NCBI GenBank assembly: GCA_001179505.1
Contig: CDMY01000531.1
Location: 287,130 to 351,129, forward strand
From: Vitrella brassicaformis CCMP3155
Lineage: Eukaryota; Protista; Chromerida
Direction: 5' to 3'
DNA length: 64,000 bases
Each line of letters starts with the position of its first letter. Position 1 is the stretch's first letter. A program made the translations under genes and the position numbers. The notes under the pieces were generated by a model, which was not told the origin of the DNA, ran no database searches, and worked only from the letters and a program-made list of their open reading frames with translations. Positions 40,543 through 54,298 of the stretch are shown one piece after another.

Positions 40543-41142
40543 GTGGCCTTAGGGGGTGGTGTGCTTGATGCACCCCTGTGTGGCTATAGAGAGCGCCGTC
40601 CGCTCCCATCAGCGGTCACTCAGGTACGCACGAAGAGTAGACAGACGACTGGACGGATGGACGGCCGCCGAGTGTGTGTGTGTGTGTGTGTATGCAGCCC
40701 GGTGGCCGGATTCGCGTGCAGTGCATGCGGCGGCTTGGCAGCTATCTATGTATTCTTTCTCTAAGCCACCACACCCATACTCTATCCATCCATCTGTCTA
40801 TCCATCCATCTGTCTGATTTTCCGTGTGTGTGTGTGTGTGTGTGGTCGTCCCGCTTTCGATCTTGATACATCCATGTGCTGTGCTGCTGTTTTGGCAGTG
40901 CCCATCCGCGTGCTTGGAGGATGTTGTCGTTTCCATACTTTGCCACGCAACGCAAACGATGTGATTGTCATTTGTGTGATTCCCTCGAAAGAAAGGGACA
41001 CTAACCGTGTACCTTCAGTGCGAGCCGAGAGTAAAAGAGTAGACTGTTCGCGCGCATTCGACTCATCACGACGGCGCGATTGCTGCCGCCTTCGCTGTTT
41101 GGTAGGCTTGTGGCTGGTTCTCCATCGGCAGCACACCTGACG

Positions 41143-43852
41143 ATGGATGTCAATCAGGTGAGTGGGACCCATGGAGTGGGACCAGCGGGAGAGGGCACAC
41201 AACCACAGAAAAGAGAAGCGCAGCCACCTTTCGATCGCTCTTTCTGATGTGATGTGATTGGTCCTTTCTGCGTTTGTTCAGTTTGTTGCGAATGCTCGTG
41301 CGGTGAAGGACAGCTTGGTGCTGCTTCTCGACCAAGATCCCGCCACCATCGCCGCACAAGTGGGTTACACTCACTGCTGAGAAACATTGCCGAGGAGCCG
41401 CTCGCTGTGTCGTCGATTGATCAGCTGGGCTCGGTAGCCCCACTGCTGTGCACCCTCACGAGCCGGCTCCAGCAGGGAGGGCCCAGCCTCACCAGTACTG
41501 GAGCTGTAGATGCACCCAAATCGACCACCGAGGTTGCTGCTGCATCGGGATCGGCAGACACAGAGCCACAGGTAGGGTGGGGTGGAGTGGAGTGGAGTGG
41601 CTGGCCGTCTGCCGTCGTCTGTGCATGGATCCGCCCTCTGCCTTGTTGTGGCTGTCGTGTTGTCTTATTGCATTGCAGGCGCCTGTGGACACTGGTGGCC
41701 CATCGTATCGTCTGATCCATCGAAGCGGCAACAATCCTCCCGTGGGCCAAGTACCGGTAAGGACCACTCACGATTGATACAATCAGCCCGTCACGTTTGG
41801 TTGTCCTCTCTGTTTTTCATTTCAGGCTCGTCTTCGCCTGTCCCGCGATGAGCTGGCCAACGTGTACGGCCACCTGCAGCCGTGGGAGCTGGCGCGCCAC
41901 CGCCGGCGTCTCGGCACGCCCCTCTTCCATCAGTCGGCCGCCAACTACACCAAACTGGTCATCGACTGTGAGGACGACACGGCCAGTTGCATGTGGGAGA
42001 AGATGCCGCGGCCTGTGGCGCAGAGATGGGGCAAGAGGGCGACCAACGTCCGCGAGATCAGGATGCGGCACCCCGAATGGGGCCAATGGTGCCGCGGGAC
42101 GTGGGTGGCCGTGGTGGAAGGTCACTCGATTGGCCGGGCGGCCATCGCAGCGAAGGAGAGACGAGACAGGGAGGGAGGGGAGGCGGCATCTGCTGCGGCG
42201 ATGCGAGACGATGACGGTTGCCAGTTGGATGAGGGCACACTGGAGAAGCTGTCATTCGAGGCCGTCAAGCTCAGCATTCGCATCCCCCACCCTGCGCCCT
42301 CATCTGCTCTGCCCCCCGCCCCCACCGCCCCCATTCATCTGCCGGCACTCAGGACGGTCGAGAACATCCTCACCGCGTGCCTGGCGGCTCGCGTGGGCCG
42401 CCAGTGGCGGACACCCGCTGTCAAGACCCTCACCCCCCGAGGCTGGAATGCTGCGCCAGGGGAGGATTGCTGGACGGCGTGGCTGGGCGACTGTGAGGCC
42501 ATGGAGGTGTTGGACCTCGCCTTTTTGGCCGGCACGCCGGCCAATGTGCTGCGTGTGCTGCCAGTCGGCTCATCGCTCGCAGCGCTTCGCACACTACGGG
42601 GCGTACGGGTGGGTGTGAATGCCTCCCCCGCCGAGATCGACATGCTGCGTGAGGTGCTGGTAGCGAGGGGCATCCGGCGGTCCATTCGCGAGCTCAAGAT
42701 CAATCTGGGTCCTGCTCTGCAGAACACAGACGATCACTGGGAGAGACTGCAGAAGACCGCACACTTCGTGTAAGGACACACAAGAAGAGGAAGGGGTCAG
42801 GTACACGTGACATACACCAAATGTTTGTGACATACACCAAATGTTCTGTGTCTTGGTGTAATTTTGCAGTGACGCCGTCGTTCATCCTCAGGGGTTGTCG
42901 CAGCGCATTGTGCGCGACTGTGGCGGGGCTGGACGTATCTCCGCCGAGCTCCTCTCACGCAGCAGCAGCGCCGGCACTCCGACCGCACAGAGGATCGTCG
43001 ATGAATTCGCCAAGACAGCCGGCGTCGTAGGTTACAGCGGAGGCGACGCGACCCATCCTGTGGCCATCACGGACGACACATTCCCCCTCGCACACACACT
43101 GTCGCTGTCTGTCGGCGCCCCCATCTCTGACCAGAAGAAGGAGCGGGCCCTCCAGATCGCCTCCCACATACCCGACCTGTCCTCCATCCACGCCACACGC
43201 GAGGTCCCGGCTGGTGAGGTGTGGGGGTTCCTCGAGAGGCTGCAGACGGCGCTGGTCAGCAGGGAGCAACAGAAGAGCCTGTCGGTGGAGATGTTTCTGC
43301 CGACCAATGCATTCACCGCACCCCTGGCCGATGGGGGGAGTCCATCACTGTGGGGGCGGGACAGCAACAAGAAGCTGCCGCCGATCAAGGAAGTGTCTGT
43401 CAATATTGTGGGTGAGCGGGCATGGGAAGGCGTGTGACAACCAGCAGTCGTATTGTCTGTGTGCGGTGTCAATGTTCATTCCTTTCAGGCGAGGTAGACG
43501 ATGGCGAGTTGGAGACCTTCTACGGGCGCGTGATGGCCGCAGTGGCCTCATTCAGCAATGAGCTCAAGGTGCGCCTCACAACACACCACATACAGATGAC
43601 TGTCGGGCAATCACTGTGTGGCCACTGTCATGTTGCTTGAATGAATGACAGGGGCACGAGAGGACCAAAGTGTACTTATACGACACCGATGCTCTGCATG
43701 GGACGTTTCCTGGAAACACCATGTGCCGGGACTTCGAGCGGCGTTTCCTGGCTGAGCAGGCCGGCCCCAACTTCGGCGGGGGGCCATACAAGCTCAGCTT
43801 CGTTGATAGCAATGCGTCAATCCCGTACTTGTTGGTCGAGCGCCGCACGTGA
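41143..43852 (+). CDS. Hypothetical protein with an F-box-like segment (lineage-expanded type)
   Basis: Long exon beginning LSRDELANVYGHLQPWELARHRRRLGTPLF. Several in-frame exons; the ends are approximate. Confidence 0.6.
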
Positions 43853-44312
43853 CCTTTATTTAGGTGAGGACACTGAACGACAGACAAATGGGCGCGTCAC
43901 CAACCGTCTCTCTCCCTCTGTGTGTGTTGTCAGATCTGACGGCAGCTGTGGTTGGGTGTGTGGAGGGATACTGCGGAGGATAGACAGCACTTCTAGACCT
44001 TGCTCGGCTCGCGTATGTTTGTGTTGGTGACCTACTTGTGCCTGGATGGAAGTCACATAAAAGATGTCACATCCATCCAGGCCAGCTGGTGTAAGCTCGC
44101 AAGTGGTCATTCAAATGTCTAGACCATCCATCCATCCATCCATGGATCCATCTCTGCATCCACATGGATCCCCTACCCACCTATCTGCCCGAAGAATTGA
44201 TTCGGAGTGCAAATTTCGCAGAATTGATTCATGCATCATGACTGCATTGTCGTTCATCGTCTGACTTTTCCTTGACTCACTCATTCAAGCACTCATATAC
44301 GTGTGGCTGAGT

Positions 44313-45526
44313 TCACTGGACATAAACTTCCATCGAGGACACGCCCCAGCTCTCCTTGTCAGCCGAGACGCCCTTCATCGTTGACCCTGACACACACACG
44401 CGACACCACACACACATCGCAGGGAGGCACCCCTCTCCCTCTCCCTCTTTGTGGTTGTGGTTACCGAATGCGATTGTGACTTGGTCTGCCGTGTGTGTGA
44501 ATGAGATGTCGATGGGCACAGCGAACTTGCCCTCAGACACCGATGGATCCCCACACACATTCACACTGCACACAGAACACACAAACATCCATCTGTCTGT
44601 CCGTCCATCCGTCCGCGTACCCGTCTTGCTCATGGTCTTGGCTGTGCCTCTCTGTCCACACGTGGATGAGCTCTCCGCTGCGGCCGACGTCCGCACGCAT
44701 AAAGCCGGTCTCTCCTATCCACGCGTCGATGAAGTAGTACGTCGCTCGGATTCGGATGTGCGAGTGTGGCGGCAGACCCTTGAAGACCTTCGACACCTCA
44801 CCCTCGCTGTCAAAGCATACACACACATGTCATGGACTCATCAACGTGGGTGCCAGGTCATTCATTGTGTGGCCATATGGGTGGAGGCCTCACTCACCTG
44901 AAGGCTCTGTATCCGCCGAGCATGGTGAGTCCGGCACACTGCGTGACGGTGTTGTTGTCCCAGCCTGTCACACTGCCGCTGAAATCCTCCTTGTGCCACT
45001 GACACCACAAATGACATCACACACTCTTTTTGTCTGTCTCTCTGTGTGTGTCTCTCTCTGTGTGTGTGTGTGTCCATTACGAGTCTCCACTGTGGCACGC
45101 CGAATGACTTGAGGTCACCCTCCACATCCAAAGACCTTCGCACACACACACACACACACACACAACACATGTCAAGACAGACAGACATTTCGTGTGTGTG
45201 TTTGTGTGTTGTGCGTGTGTGTGTCTGTACTTGACGAGAAGTCCGGAGGGGATAGTCAGTGTGTTGTCGGTGCCAAGCGATAGTGCCGTCGTGCCGCCCC
45301 GCATTATGACGAACTCGCCGCTCGGCTTGACGCCCATTCGGTAGTCGCTGTCTGCCGACGGACCGAACGACACGAAGCCCGGCTGCCCGCTCACACTCAC
45401 GACGCGAAGGCCGGGCACGGCCACCCCGCCTCGAGTGGCCGGGCCAGACATCAGGTCGCACGCAGAGGGACCGATCAGAGACACCAGCAGAGAAGCGAGA
45501 GCTGTCAGAGCGAGCATCGTCTTCAT
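44313..45526 (-). CDS. Secreted protein D with a C-terminal beta-sandwich (lectin-like) domain
   Basis: Signal peptide MKTMLALTALASLLVSL; QWRLV, CAGLTMLGGY, GLPPHSHIRIRATYYFIDAWIGE, NVCG, SWGVSSMEVYVQ*. Confidence 0.8.
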
Positions 45527-45687
45527 GACTGATTGAGTGAGTGATAGATGGATAGATTGATTGCTTTGAGTGCTTTGATTGTGTTTGTCTGCTTCTGCTT
45601 GTGTGTGTCTTATGTACACATTCATCGATCGGTCACATGTACACGTACATGTACGCGCAGAAATGGCCTCACTCTCAGTCTTGTTGG

Positions 45688-46851
45688 CTATCTGACGTAT
45701 ATTTCTATCGCCGACACCTGTACACCAACCACGGCAGCACACACACAAAACAAAAGGCAAATGGTCCGATGCGTCTTATTCTCATCGTCGTCTCATCCCT
45801 TACCCCCCATGAGTGGTGCAGCGGGTTGTTCTGAGTAATCGTGCTACCTGCCACACACAAACAATCCACGGCACATATGCTGCCCGCCCGAATTGTGCGG
45901 ATTGTGTTCTCCGCTCACCAAATGCGAGGGCGACGGTCGGCTGGTTGTGTGGCAGCACCACGTCCACTGGCACGGCGAACTTGCCCTCGCTCGCAGTGAC
46001 GTCCCCACACAGATTGACGCCATTGACCGTCTCCGCCTGTGTGTGGCGCTCCGTCCACACAAACGTCATCCCACCTGCACACAGACGGACAGAAAGTGAA
46101 TGTAACATGAAACTGAATGCATGATGTAGGCCTACATACCTTCGCTGCCAATGTTGGCTTTCATATATCCGCTTTCGCCGACCCAGTCATCGATGAAGTG
46201 GAACGTGGCCTTTATTCTAAGGTGCGAGTGGGGTGGAAGCCCCGAAAACACCTTCGATACCTCTTTCTACACACACATGGGCACGCATCCACTGAACAGT
46301 GACGCCTCGCTCTTATGTGTTTCGCTGACCTGTGCGAACTCCCCGTATCCGCCGAGCATGGATGTACCGGCGCAGTGGGTCACTGCGTTGGCGTCCCACC
46401 CTTCTGCCGTCCCGTCGGCAAAGGACTCCTCCGATAACATCCGCCACTGCGGCACCCCCTGCACCAACAACCCTCTTGTCACGTCAAGGGACCTACACGC
46501 GCACAGGCAGACAGATGGGGGACCGTGGAAGTTGGCGGCGATGTTCGATGCTCACTCGACAAGGAGTTCTGGCGCTGCGATTTGGACCATACTGTCGTTG
46601 GTGATCATGAGAAGGGGCGCATCTTGCCTCGATATGGTGAAGACGCTGCCCTCACTGACGCACAGCTTGTAGCCGTCCGTTGCCGTGCCCATCTTGATGC
46701 AGGCCGGCTGTTCATTGATGGACTCCACGTGCACCTCCCCGACAACAACCCGGCCCTTGATGGTCGGGGAGCGTGAGGCTGCAATGGACGGAAGGACTAC
46801 AAAAAAGAAGGCCAAGGCAAGGACGGACGACTCCCTCTCGCATCCTTGCAT
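45688..46851 (-). CDS. Secreted protein E, same family
   Basis: Hydrophobic N-terminus; QWRML, CAGTSMLGGY, GLPPHSHLRIKATFHFIDDWVGE, NLCG, SWG|VSAIEIYVR*. Confidence 0.8.
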
Positions 46852-46951
46852 AGGTATTGCTGGTATTCGGGCAGCAAAGGGTCCCTGAATCAGTGTTTAC
46901 ATTGTGCTGTAAACGAATGCATCCCGCAAAATCCTATATCTCCGCGAAGCA

Positions 46952-47819
46952 ATGATGTCCTTCGGCGCATTGCTCTTTTTTCTTGTGTTGACGTTCCCCG
47001 CATCGCTATGGGGCACCACCCTCACTGTCAAGGAGGACAGCGTCGGCAGATCTACCGTCAGCTTCCTCCAGACAGGGCTCCTTCCTGATAATGGAGGTGA
47101 GGTGGGGATCATTGCAGGCGTCGTCGTCAACTCCACCGGCATCCTCTCCCTCTACGCCGGCTCAAACAGCATTCTCATGGATCACACTGCGGTCGGCATC
47201 CACAAGCTGCGGCTGGATGCTGACCTCCGCGTCAACCCCACGGCTCCCGTGACTATCGGGGGGCTACACCCATGGGTGCTCATCGCCCTCGATACCTTTG
47301 ATGAGTCCACGGGCGCTGATAAGGTCAAGTGGAGCAGTCACGAGGAATCCCGCTGCGGAAGCACACCAGATGTGTTCCTTGGCGGTGAGGATGCGCTCAC
47401 CCACCTTCTATTGGGGTATTCTGCTGTCTGTGTCCTTGACAGGTCATTGCAAGTTGGCTGCTGGTGTAGTGTCGAAGGCCTATCAGGGGCTGCCGGCCCA
47501 CAGCAGAATCCGACTGACAGCCCGGGCTCACTTCCTGGACGAGTGGCGTGGCGAGTCCCTCTACCTGCGGGTGGACGGGACTCCGGTATGGTCGGAGAGG
47601 TACCATTGGTGCACGGCCTTCAACACCACGGCCTGCCTAGGTTACGGCGTCAATGTGTGTGGGCAGTCCCGACCTGACCGGCTGTCTGTGCCGATAGATG
47701 TGACGGTGCCCCATGACAGGGATGGGGTGGAGGTGGTGTTTGGCTCGACGATTGACGATAGTGTGGACCCGTGTGACGCTTCGTGGGGCATTGACGATGT
47801 AGCGGTGTTTGTCATGTGA
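46952..47819 (+). CDS. Secreted protein F, same family
   Basis: Signal peptide; GLPAHSRIRLTARAHFLDEWRGE, NVCG, SWGIDDVAVFVM*. One intron at about 47386-47482. Confidence 0.8.
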
Positions 47820-47924
47820 ATTGATGGATACAATTAACTGTACATACTATCGCCATCACTGCGTCTCATTTGAGCGGCATTGATGAGTGAGTACGTCCTT
47901 GTGTATGCGACCTAAAATGGATGT

Positions 47925-49112
47925 ATGGATGCCGACTCACCCATCTCTGCTGGTGTCTCTGATCCGTCCATCTGCGTGCGACCTGATGCAACTCGAGGCG
48001 GGATGGCCGTGCCCGGCCTGAGGGTGGTGAGTGTGAGCGGGCAGCCGGGCTTCGTGTCGTTCGGTCCGTCGGCAGACAGCGACTACCGAATGGGCGTCAA
48101 GCCGAGCGGCGAGTTCGTCATAATGAGGGGCAGCACGATTGCACTCTCGCTCGGCACCGATAACACACTGACCATCCCCTCCGGACTTCTCGTCAAGTAA
48201 CATGTCACAGCACAAACACACGAAATGTCTGTCTGTCTTGACATATGTCGTGTGCGTGTGTGAAGGTCTTTGGATGTGGAGGGCGAGCTCAAGTCTTTCG
48301 GCGTGCCACAGTGGAGACTCGTAAGAGAGAGACACACACAGAGACAGACAGAGAGAGAGATTGTGTGTCACATGTCATCCGTGTGTCAGTGGCACAAGGA
48401 GGATTTCAGCGGCAGTGTGACAGGCTGGGACAACAACACCGTCACCCAGTGTGCCGGACTCACCATGCTCGGCGGATACAGAGCCTTCAGGTGAGTGAGG
48501 CCTCCACCCATATGGCCACACAATGAATGACCTGGCACCCACGTTGATGAGTCCATGACATGTGTGTGTGCGCTTTGACAGCGAGGGTGAGGTGTCGAAG
48601 GTCTTCAAGGGTCTGCCGCCCCACTCGCACATCCGAATCCGAGCGACGTACCACTTCATCGACGCGTGGATCGGCGAGACGGGCTTCATGCGTGCGGACG
48701 TCGGCCGCAGCGGAGAGCTCATCCACGTGTGGACGGAGAGGCACAGCCAAGACCATGAGCAAGACGGGTACGCGGACGGATGGACGGACAGACAGATGGA
48801 TGGATGGCATGTCCTCTGTGCATCTCTCTGTCTCTGTGTGTCCGGTGTGTAGTGTGAATGTGTGTGGGGATCCGTCGGTGTCTGAGGGCAAGTTCGCTGT
48901 GCCCATCGACATCTCATTCACACACACGGCAGACCAAATCACAATCGCATTCGGTAACCACAAAGAGGGAGAGGGAGAGGAGATTGGTGCCTCCATGTCT
49001 CTCTGCGATGTGTGTGTGGTGTCACGTGTGTGTGTCAGGGTCAACGATGAAGGGCGTCTCGGCTGACAAGGAGAGCTGGGGCGTGTCCTCGATGGAAATC
49101 TATGTTCAGTGA
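47925..49112 (+). pseudogene. Inverted duplicate (G) of gene D lacking the signal peptide
   Basis: 47950-49150 is nearly the reverse complement of 44265-45500. The first ~33 nt of D are missing and a net 10-nt deletion shifts the signal-peptide frame. Confidence 0.7.
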
Positions 49113-49542
49113 ACTCAGCCACACGTCTGTATATGAGTGCTTGAGTGAGTGAGGTCACTGGACGGTAAATGATGTGTGCCATCGCCATCAAGGCGTCTCT
49201 GTCGTTCGTCCATTTGTGCCCACGGACGACTCGTGCGAATGCACCCTCATTCATCCACTTATCCGTACGTGTGCGCAGGTAGACACACGACAGAGGCGTG
49301 GGAGCTCGAGGACGCAATAACACATGTCCTCATCGTCGCCGTATCATGACACACTTACACAACCCATCAACAGCAAGAGCACACAGACACATCGTTTGCT
49401 AAACGTGTTCAATGGGATCGCCCGTGGCGCGAGCAGATCGTTCAACGGGCGGTCCGGTTGACCACGTGCAAAAAACGATGGTGCTGAGACACGCTCGTGT
49501 GGCACTCCACGACAGCAGCCCATCCATCCATCCATCCATCCA

Positions 49543-51778
49543 TCAGTCTCTCCTTGCCTTCTTGAGCACCGGCTCCCCCTCCCCCTCCACACCTGGCCCT
49601 GCCTCTGTCTGCCCCTCCCCTCCGTCCCCCTTCCCCTCCCCGTCTGTGCGGCTTTCCGCTGGATGCTCTGCCCATGCCACCTCGGGCGGCACGTCAAACT
49701 CCACGCAATACATCCGCTTCCGAGGCGCCACGTCCCGAACCTATGATCAATGACACATACGCACGCACACGTGATGGTGAGGCACGTGCATCATGTGTGC
49801 GTCGTCTCCTGCTCCCTGACCTCGGTCAAGCGTGTTTCTGGCGGCACCATCCCAAGAGCAGCCTCGACACGCGGCTACAGGCAGAAAGGCAGATAGACAC
49901 AGAGTACAGACACGACGGCGTTGGCCCATTTGCTGGCTACGTACGTGTATTTCGTCCTCTGGTGGGTCTGTCTTGGCGAAGCAGTAGCAGTGGACAGAGA
50001 GGCGGGGGAGGCCCGCAGAGGGGCTACCGGGGTCAGAGGGGGCGTCACGTCCCGTGGCTACCCTGTAGATGCCACGAAACACGTCTGCATAGACACCACA
50101 CACCACACAAACACAGCCCTCCACCCACGTGTGGTGTATGTGTGTGTGAGTGTACCGAGGAAGTCGATGGCGAGCTCGGGCAAGTTCATGACGAAATGCA
50201 GCCGCAGTGGCCGGCTGCTGGCGTCAAACAGACCAAGGCCCTCCTCTCGCGCACAGTGCCGGACGAAGGCGCGTGCATCCATGTTGAAGCTCGTCACATT
50301 TGCAGACACCTGCAGACGTCAGGACACACCGACGGACGCGACGGTTCAGGCATCGAGCATGTGGCCCGTGAGCGTGTCCGACCCACTCTGTTGCGTTGTG
50401 CGTTTGTGGTGATGAGTTTTGCGCCGACAGGGTTAAGGTCGTTGGCAAGGACACGGCAGCCCTTCCGACCGAGGTACATGGCGAAGGCACCCACCCCGGC
50501 AAACATGTCACCTGGCCGACACCAGCTGTCGAGACGGTGTGGTGGTGCATCTGGTCTGCTGCTCGCTTACATACGGTGTCTTCTCTCGGTATCAGGTCTG
50601 CCAGGCGGCTCCTCTCATTCGATAACCTGACACAGCACAGCCGCCCCCCGTCCGCCACGTGTTAATATACTCGGTGCACTCACTCTTTGTGCTCGTCTCT
50701 CCGCTGGCCCTCGCTCACCGAGAGTTCCAATAGACATTCGCGTAGTCCACCTCAAAGGCGAGACCACTCTCCCGCTATACACGCAATGCAATGCATCCAT
50801 ACCACAGCCAACGGATGGATGAATGGCCTCAATCATCATCAGCTGTGGTCGTGTCGTGCAGCGAGCTCACTCACCACAGTTGCGACGAAGTCCTCCTGGC
50901 CAGCGAGCAGCTCCAGCTCGGGTGTGCGGAAGGTGTTGGCGAGAGTGCACACCTTGTTGCACACCGTACGCAACCCTGGATTCTTCTGATCGACCACACA
51001 CAGACACGAATGGAGCAAGCAGGTGGGGTTCGCAAGAGCGACGCGGCAATGTCACGTACATCGAGAATGACTTGTCCGATGATGTGTTTGTACGGCAGCC
51101 ACTGCTCCCGCAGGTTGAGGTGCGCTATGTGCCCTATCGTCTCGAACGCGGTGGGCGGGTCTTCACCACACGCAGGCAACACGCGACGAAAAACCTCTTC
51201 TGCACGACCACAGACCCACACACACATGGACAAATGCGGTCGGAGGGCCTCCTTTCCCACCTGTTGAGAGGTCCGCATAGGTGAGTTTGAGGCCATATTC
51301 TACCGCAATCTGCCGCAGCTCCGCCCTCTTGTCATCCACCTCGCCGCTCGCGGCCTGCGGGCACACCTGGCTGGCCAGGAAGCTGACGGCGTTGTCGGGA
51401 AGTTCTGAGAGGTCACTAGTGACGTTCTCGGCCAGCAGCACCAGCCGCTTGGTCATGTCCTGGGCATCCTCCACCACTGACCGGAGCTTCGGGCGCCGAA
51501 GAAGAACGCTGACAGACCGACCGGCACATACAGTAGAGCCCATTGTGTTTGTCACGGCAAGAGTGATTGATTACTTTTTCATTGTCGGGTTTTTCATGAT
51601 GGCGTTGCAGCACTGTGCTGGCACTCGCAGGGCAGTCAGAGGGAGCGTTGAATCAAACCTGACACACACACCCAACGCCGCATACACCACAAGCGCGATG
51701 CACATCCATGCTGCGTGACGTCCCTCACATGGTTCTGTCCAGCCTGGCGGGCTTCTCTACGTCACCATCTGTCGCCAT
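49543..51778 (-). CDS. TRM5: tRNA (guanine37-N1)-methyltransferase Trm5
   Basis: LDRTM|[77 protein letters not shown]. Confidence 0.93.
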
Positions 51779-52081
51779 CGTCGTCCTGCGATGGATCAGT
51801 CGATGAACACCGCGTGAAGGATCTCTCCGACGGGCTCGCTTGGCGAATCGAAGAAGATGCGTGAAGGCGATGGCGTGTGCTGCAGCAGAGGACACAACAA
51901 GCACGAAGGCAGCAACGATGAGCATCCGGCTGCGAAATCTAAGCTCGCAAACGGGAGGGACTTCCCGAACACCACACCTGATCAGCATGAATAGTCTGCC
52001 ACTATGCTGCGCAGATCTCCAACATCCATTTGATCTCATCTGACATGTGAGTGATCTCGAGAGTCTCCTCACCGTCGAGCC

Positions 52082-54298
52082 ATGCAGGCCGCCTCTGCCA
52101 GCACGTCGTCCACATCGGCCTCCTCGTCGTCGGCTGCCAACGGCCCTCTGTCGCTTGACACCATCGACCGTGACACACTCATCACTCTGCTCAAGCGAAA
52201 AGAAAAAGGCCTCAAGAGCCAGACCAACAAGCTGCTCAAGGCCGAGGAGGGGTATGTCAAGGTCGTCAAGGAGAAGCGGCTGCTCGAGGAGGCCGTCACG
52301 CCCTTCGTCGCGGCCATCACGGTGCACGAGGGGCACACCGGCGTGTTCAGGGCGAACCCGCTGGTGCAGGCGCCTTCTGGTAGCGATGATAAGGGTGGCG
52401 GCGGCAGCCAAGAGAGCCTAGATCTGGAGCAGCTGCAGCTGCTCTTTAGGTACGCGGAGGTTCATGTCGGCGGTGTTCCTGTGCACTCCATGTCTGAGTG
52501 TGTGAATGCAGTGAGCTTCGCGAGTATGTGAGTCGGAGCCTGCAGGACCGGGAGACGATCCTGCAGTTCCTGCAGATGATCTTCCCCAACGACACAAGCA
52601 TTGCCCACATGCTGCAGCACTCAGCATCAGGGGCGGGAGCTGGCAGCAGGTCTGGTGGGCTGGATTTCGACCTCCTGCGAGCCAAGTGGATGGCGTATGA
52701 GGAGCTGAGCAGCGAGTCGATCGCGGCTGTGCAGACGGCCGCACGAGAGGCCATCAAAACGCACGAGCAGCAGATGGAAGAGGTAGGCAAATAGGTCAGC
52801 ACCCACCCATGTTTCCCTTGTGTGTGCGTATGTGGCATGTGGCTATCATCAGGTGTTGTACGAGAAGAACGAGCTGGACCTTCGCGTCAAGGATCTGGAG
52901 GCGTCCCTCCAGCAGATACACAAGGAGAAGGCCCAGCTGCTCCTCTCGCACCTCAAGGCACGGCCACACGGCCACGGCCATCACCACATCGCCCCAACAA
53001 CAGGCCTCCAGCCACGCAACCCCGTCTCAGACACGGATGAAGACATCGAGAGGGAGGTGGAGACGCAGTCGTGCGGCGTCCAGACAGGGGGAGGGGAGGA
53101 GTCGGACGATGCGGACCTCCAGCCGCGCACAGCGCCTGCAGTGTGTGTAGAGATGGGTGTGCAGGCGGCTGGGGACGCCAATGAGAGGGAGAAGGAGGCG
53201 GCCAGGCTGAGGAGTGAGAGGGACAAGCTGAGGGAAGAGCTGCAGACCACCAAGGCACAGGTACGTTGCTGGGTGGCTGGGTGGGCGATCGATTCGGATT
53301 GGCTACCACCGTTTGTCCCTTGGCTGTCAGTGTCGGGAGCTGCTCCGGGACCAGGAGAAGCTCAAAGCCCGTCTCCAACTCAGCCCCGCCCCACTCCCGC
53401 CCCAACCGACCACCCAAGCTCCTTCACAATCACCCTCACCCCCACCAGCAGCAGCAACGTCATCATCATCAGCGTCAGCAGCAGCAGCAGCAGCCCCTCC
53501 CCCCCTCCCCCCTCTCGCCCCGTTTGACGCCGTCGGTGTGGGCGGCAATGGGATGGGCTACCCTGACGCGACGCTGCAGGACCTGATGCTCCTGGACGAT
53601 GTGGCAGAGCGGCAGGCCAGGGCCGAGATGAAACTTGCAGAGATGCGGCAGACGCTCGCGGTGAGATAGACGACGAGAGGGAGAGGGTGACGTGGGGAGA
53701 GTGTGTGTATGCGGTTGATCTGGTTAGGAAGCGGACCGGACCATTGCTCTGGGCCAGCAGCAGGAGAAAGTGCTCAAGGTGACCACGAGACACACACATA
53801 CACAGGCCCCCAGCACACACAAGGCATCACGCGTTTGCTTGTATGTATCACCATCTGTGCAGGCGCGCATCCGTGAGTTGGAGGGCGGCAGCAGCCGATC
53901 GCAGGTCAACATGGACTACCTCAAGTCGGTCGTCTTCAAGTCAGCCAACCACACACCGGGAGGAAGGGCGGGAGAGAGAGAGATAAGCCTTTCATTCCAT
54001 CTCCGTCTCTCCCCGCGTGTGGCTGTGTTAGGTACGCCGAGTACGGCAGCCGCAGCCGGTTCACCGACAGCCGTCAGAAGGCCCTCCTGCCGGTGCTCGC
54101 CACACTGCTCGCATTCGACAAGGTAGGCACCCGCCACACACGGACAGACACAGCAGGGGACAGAGAGAGGAGTGCATGACGTGTGTGCCGATGGCGTGTC
54201 TGCAGGACGAGATGGAGAAGCTGCAGATCGATCCGTCAACGCTGCCGCCGTCCATCCACATGCCGATGGGCAGGACCAACTCACGGCAGATGACGTGA
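52082..54298 (+). CDS. GRIP-domain golgin
   Basis: Coiled-coil exons followed by NMDYLKSVVFK|YAEY...LLPVLATLLAFDK|DE. Confidence 0.85.

Noticed and set aside
42805-42846. Duplicated ~20-mer GTGACATACACCAAATGTT
   Set aside because: Two copies inside an intron; simple slippage, not a CRISPR or regulatory array.
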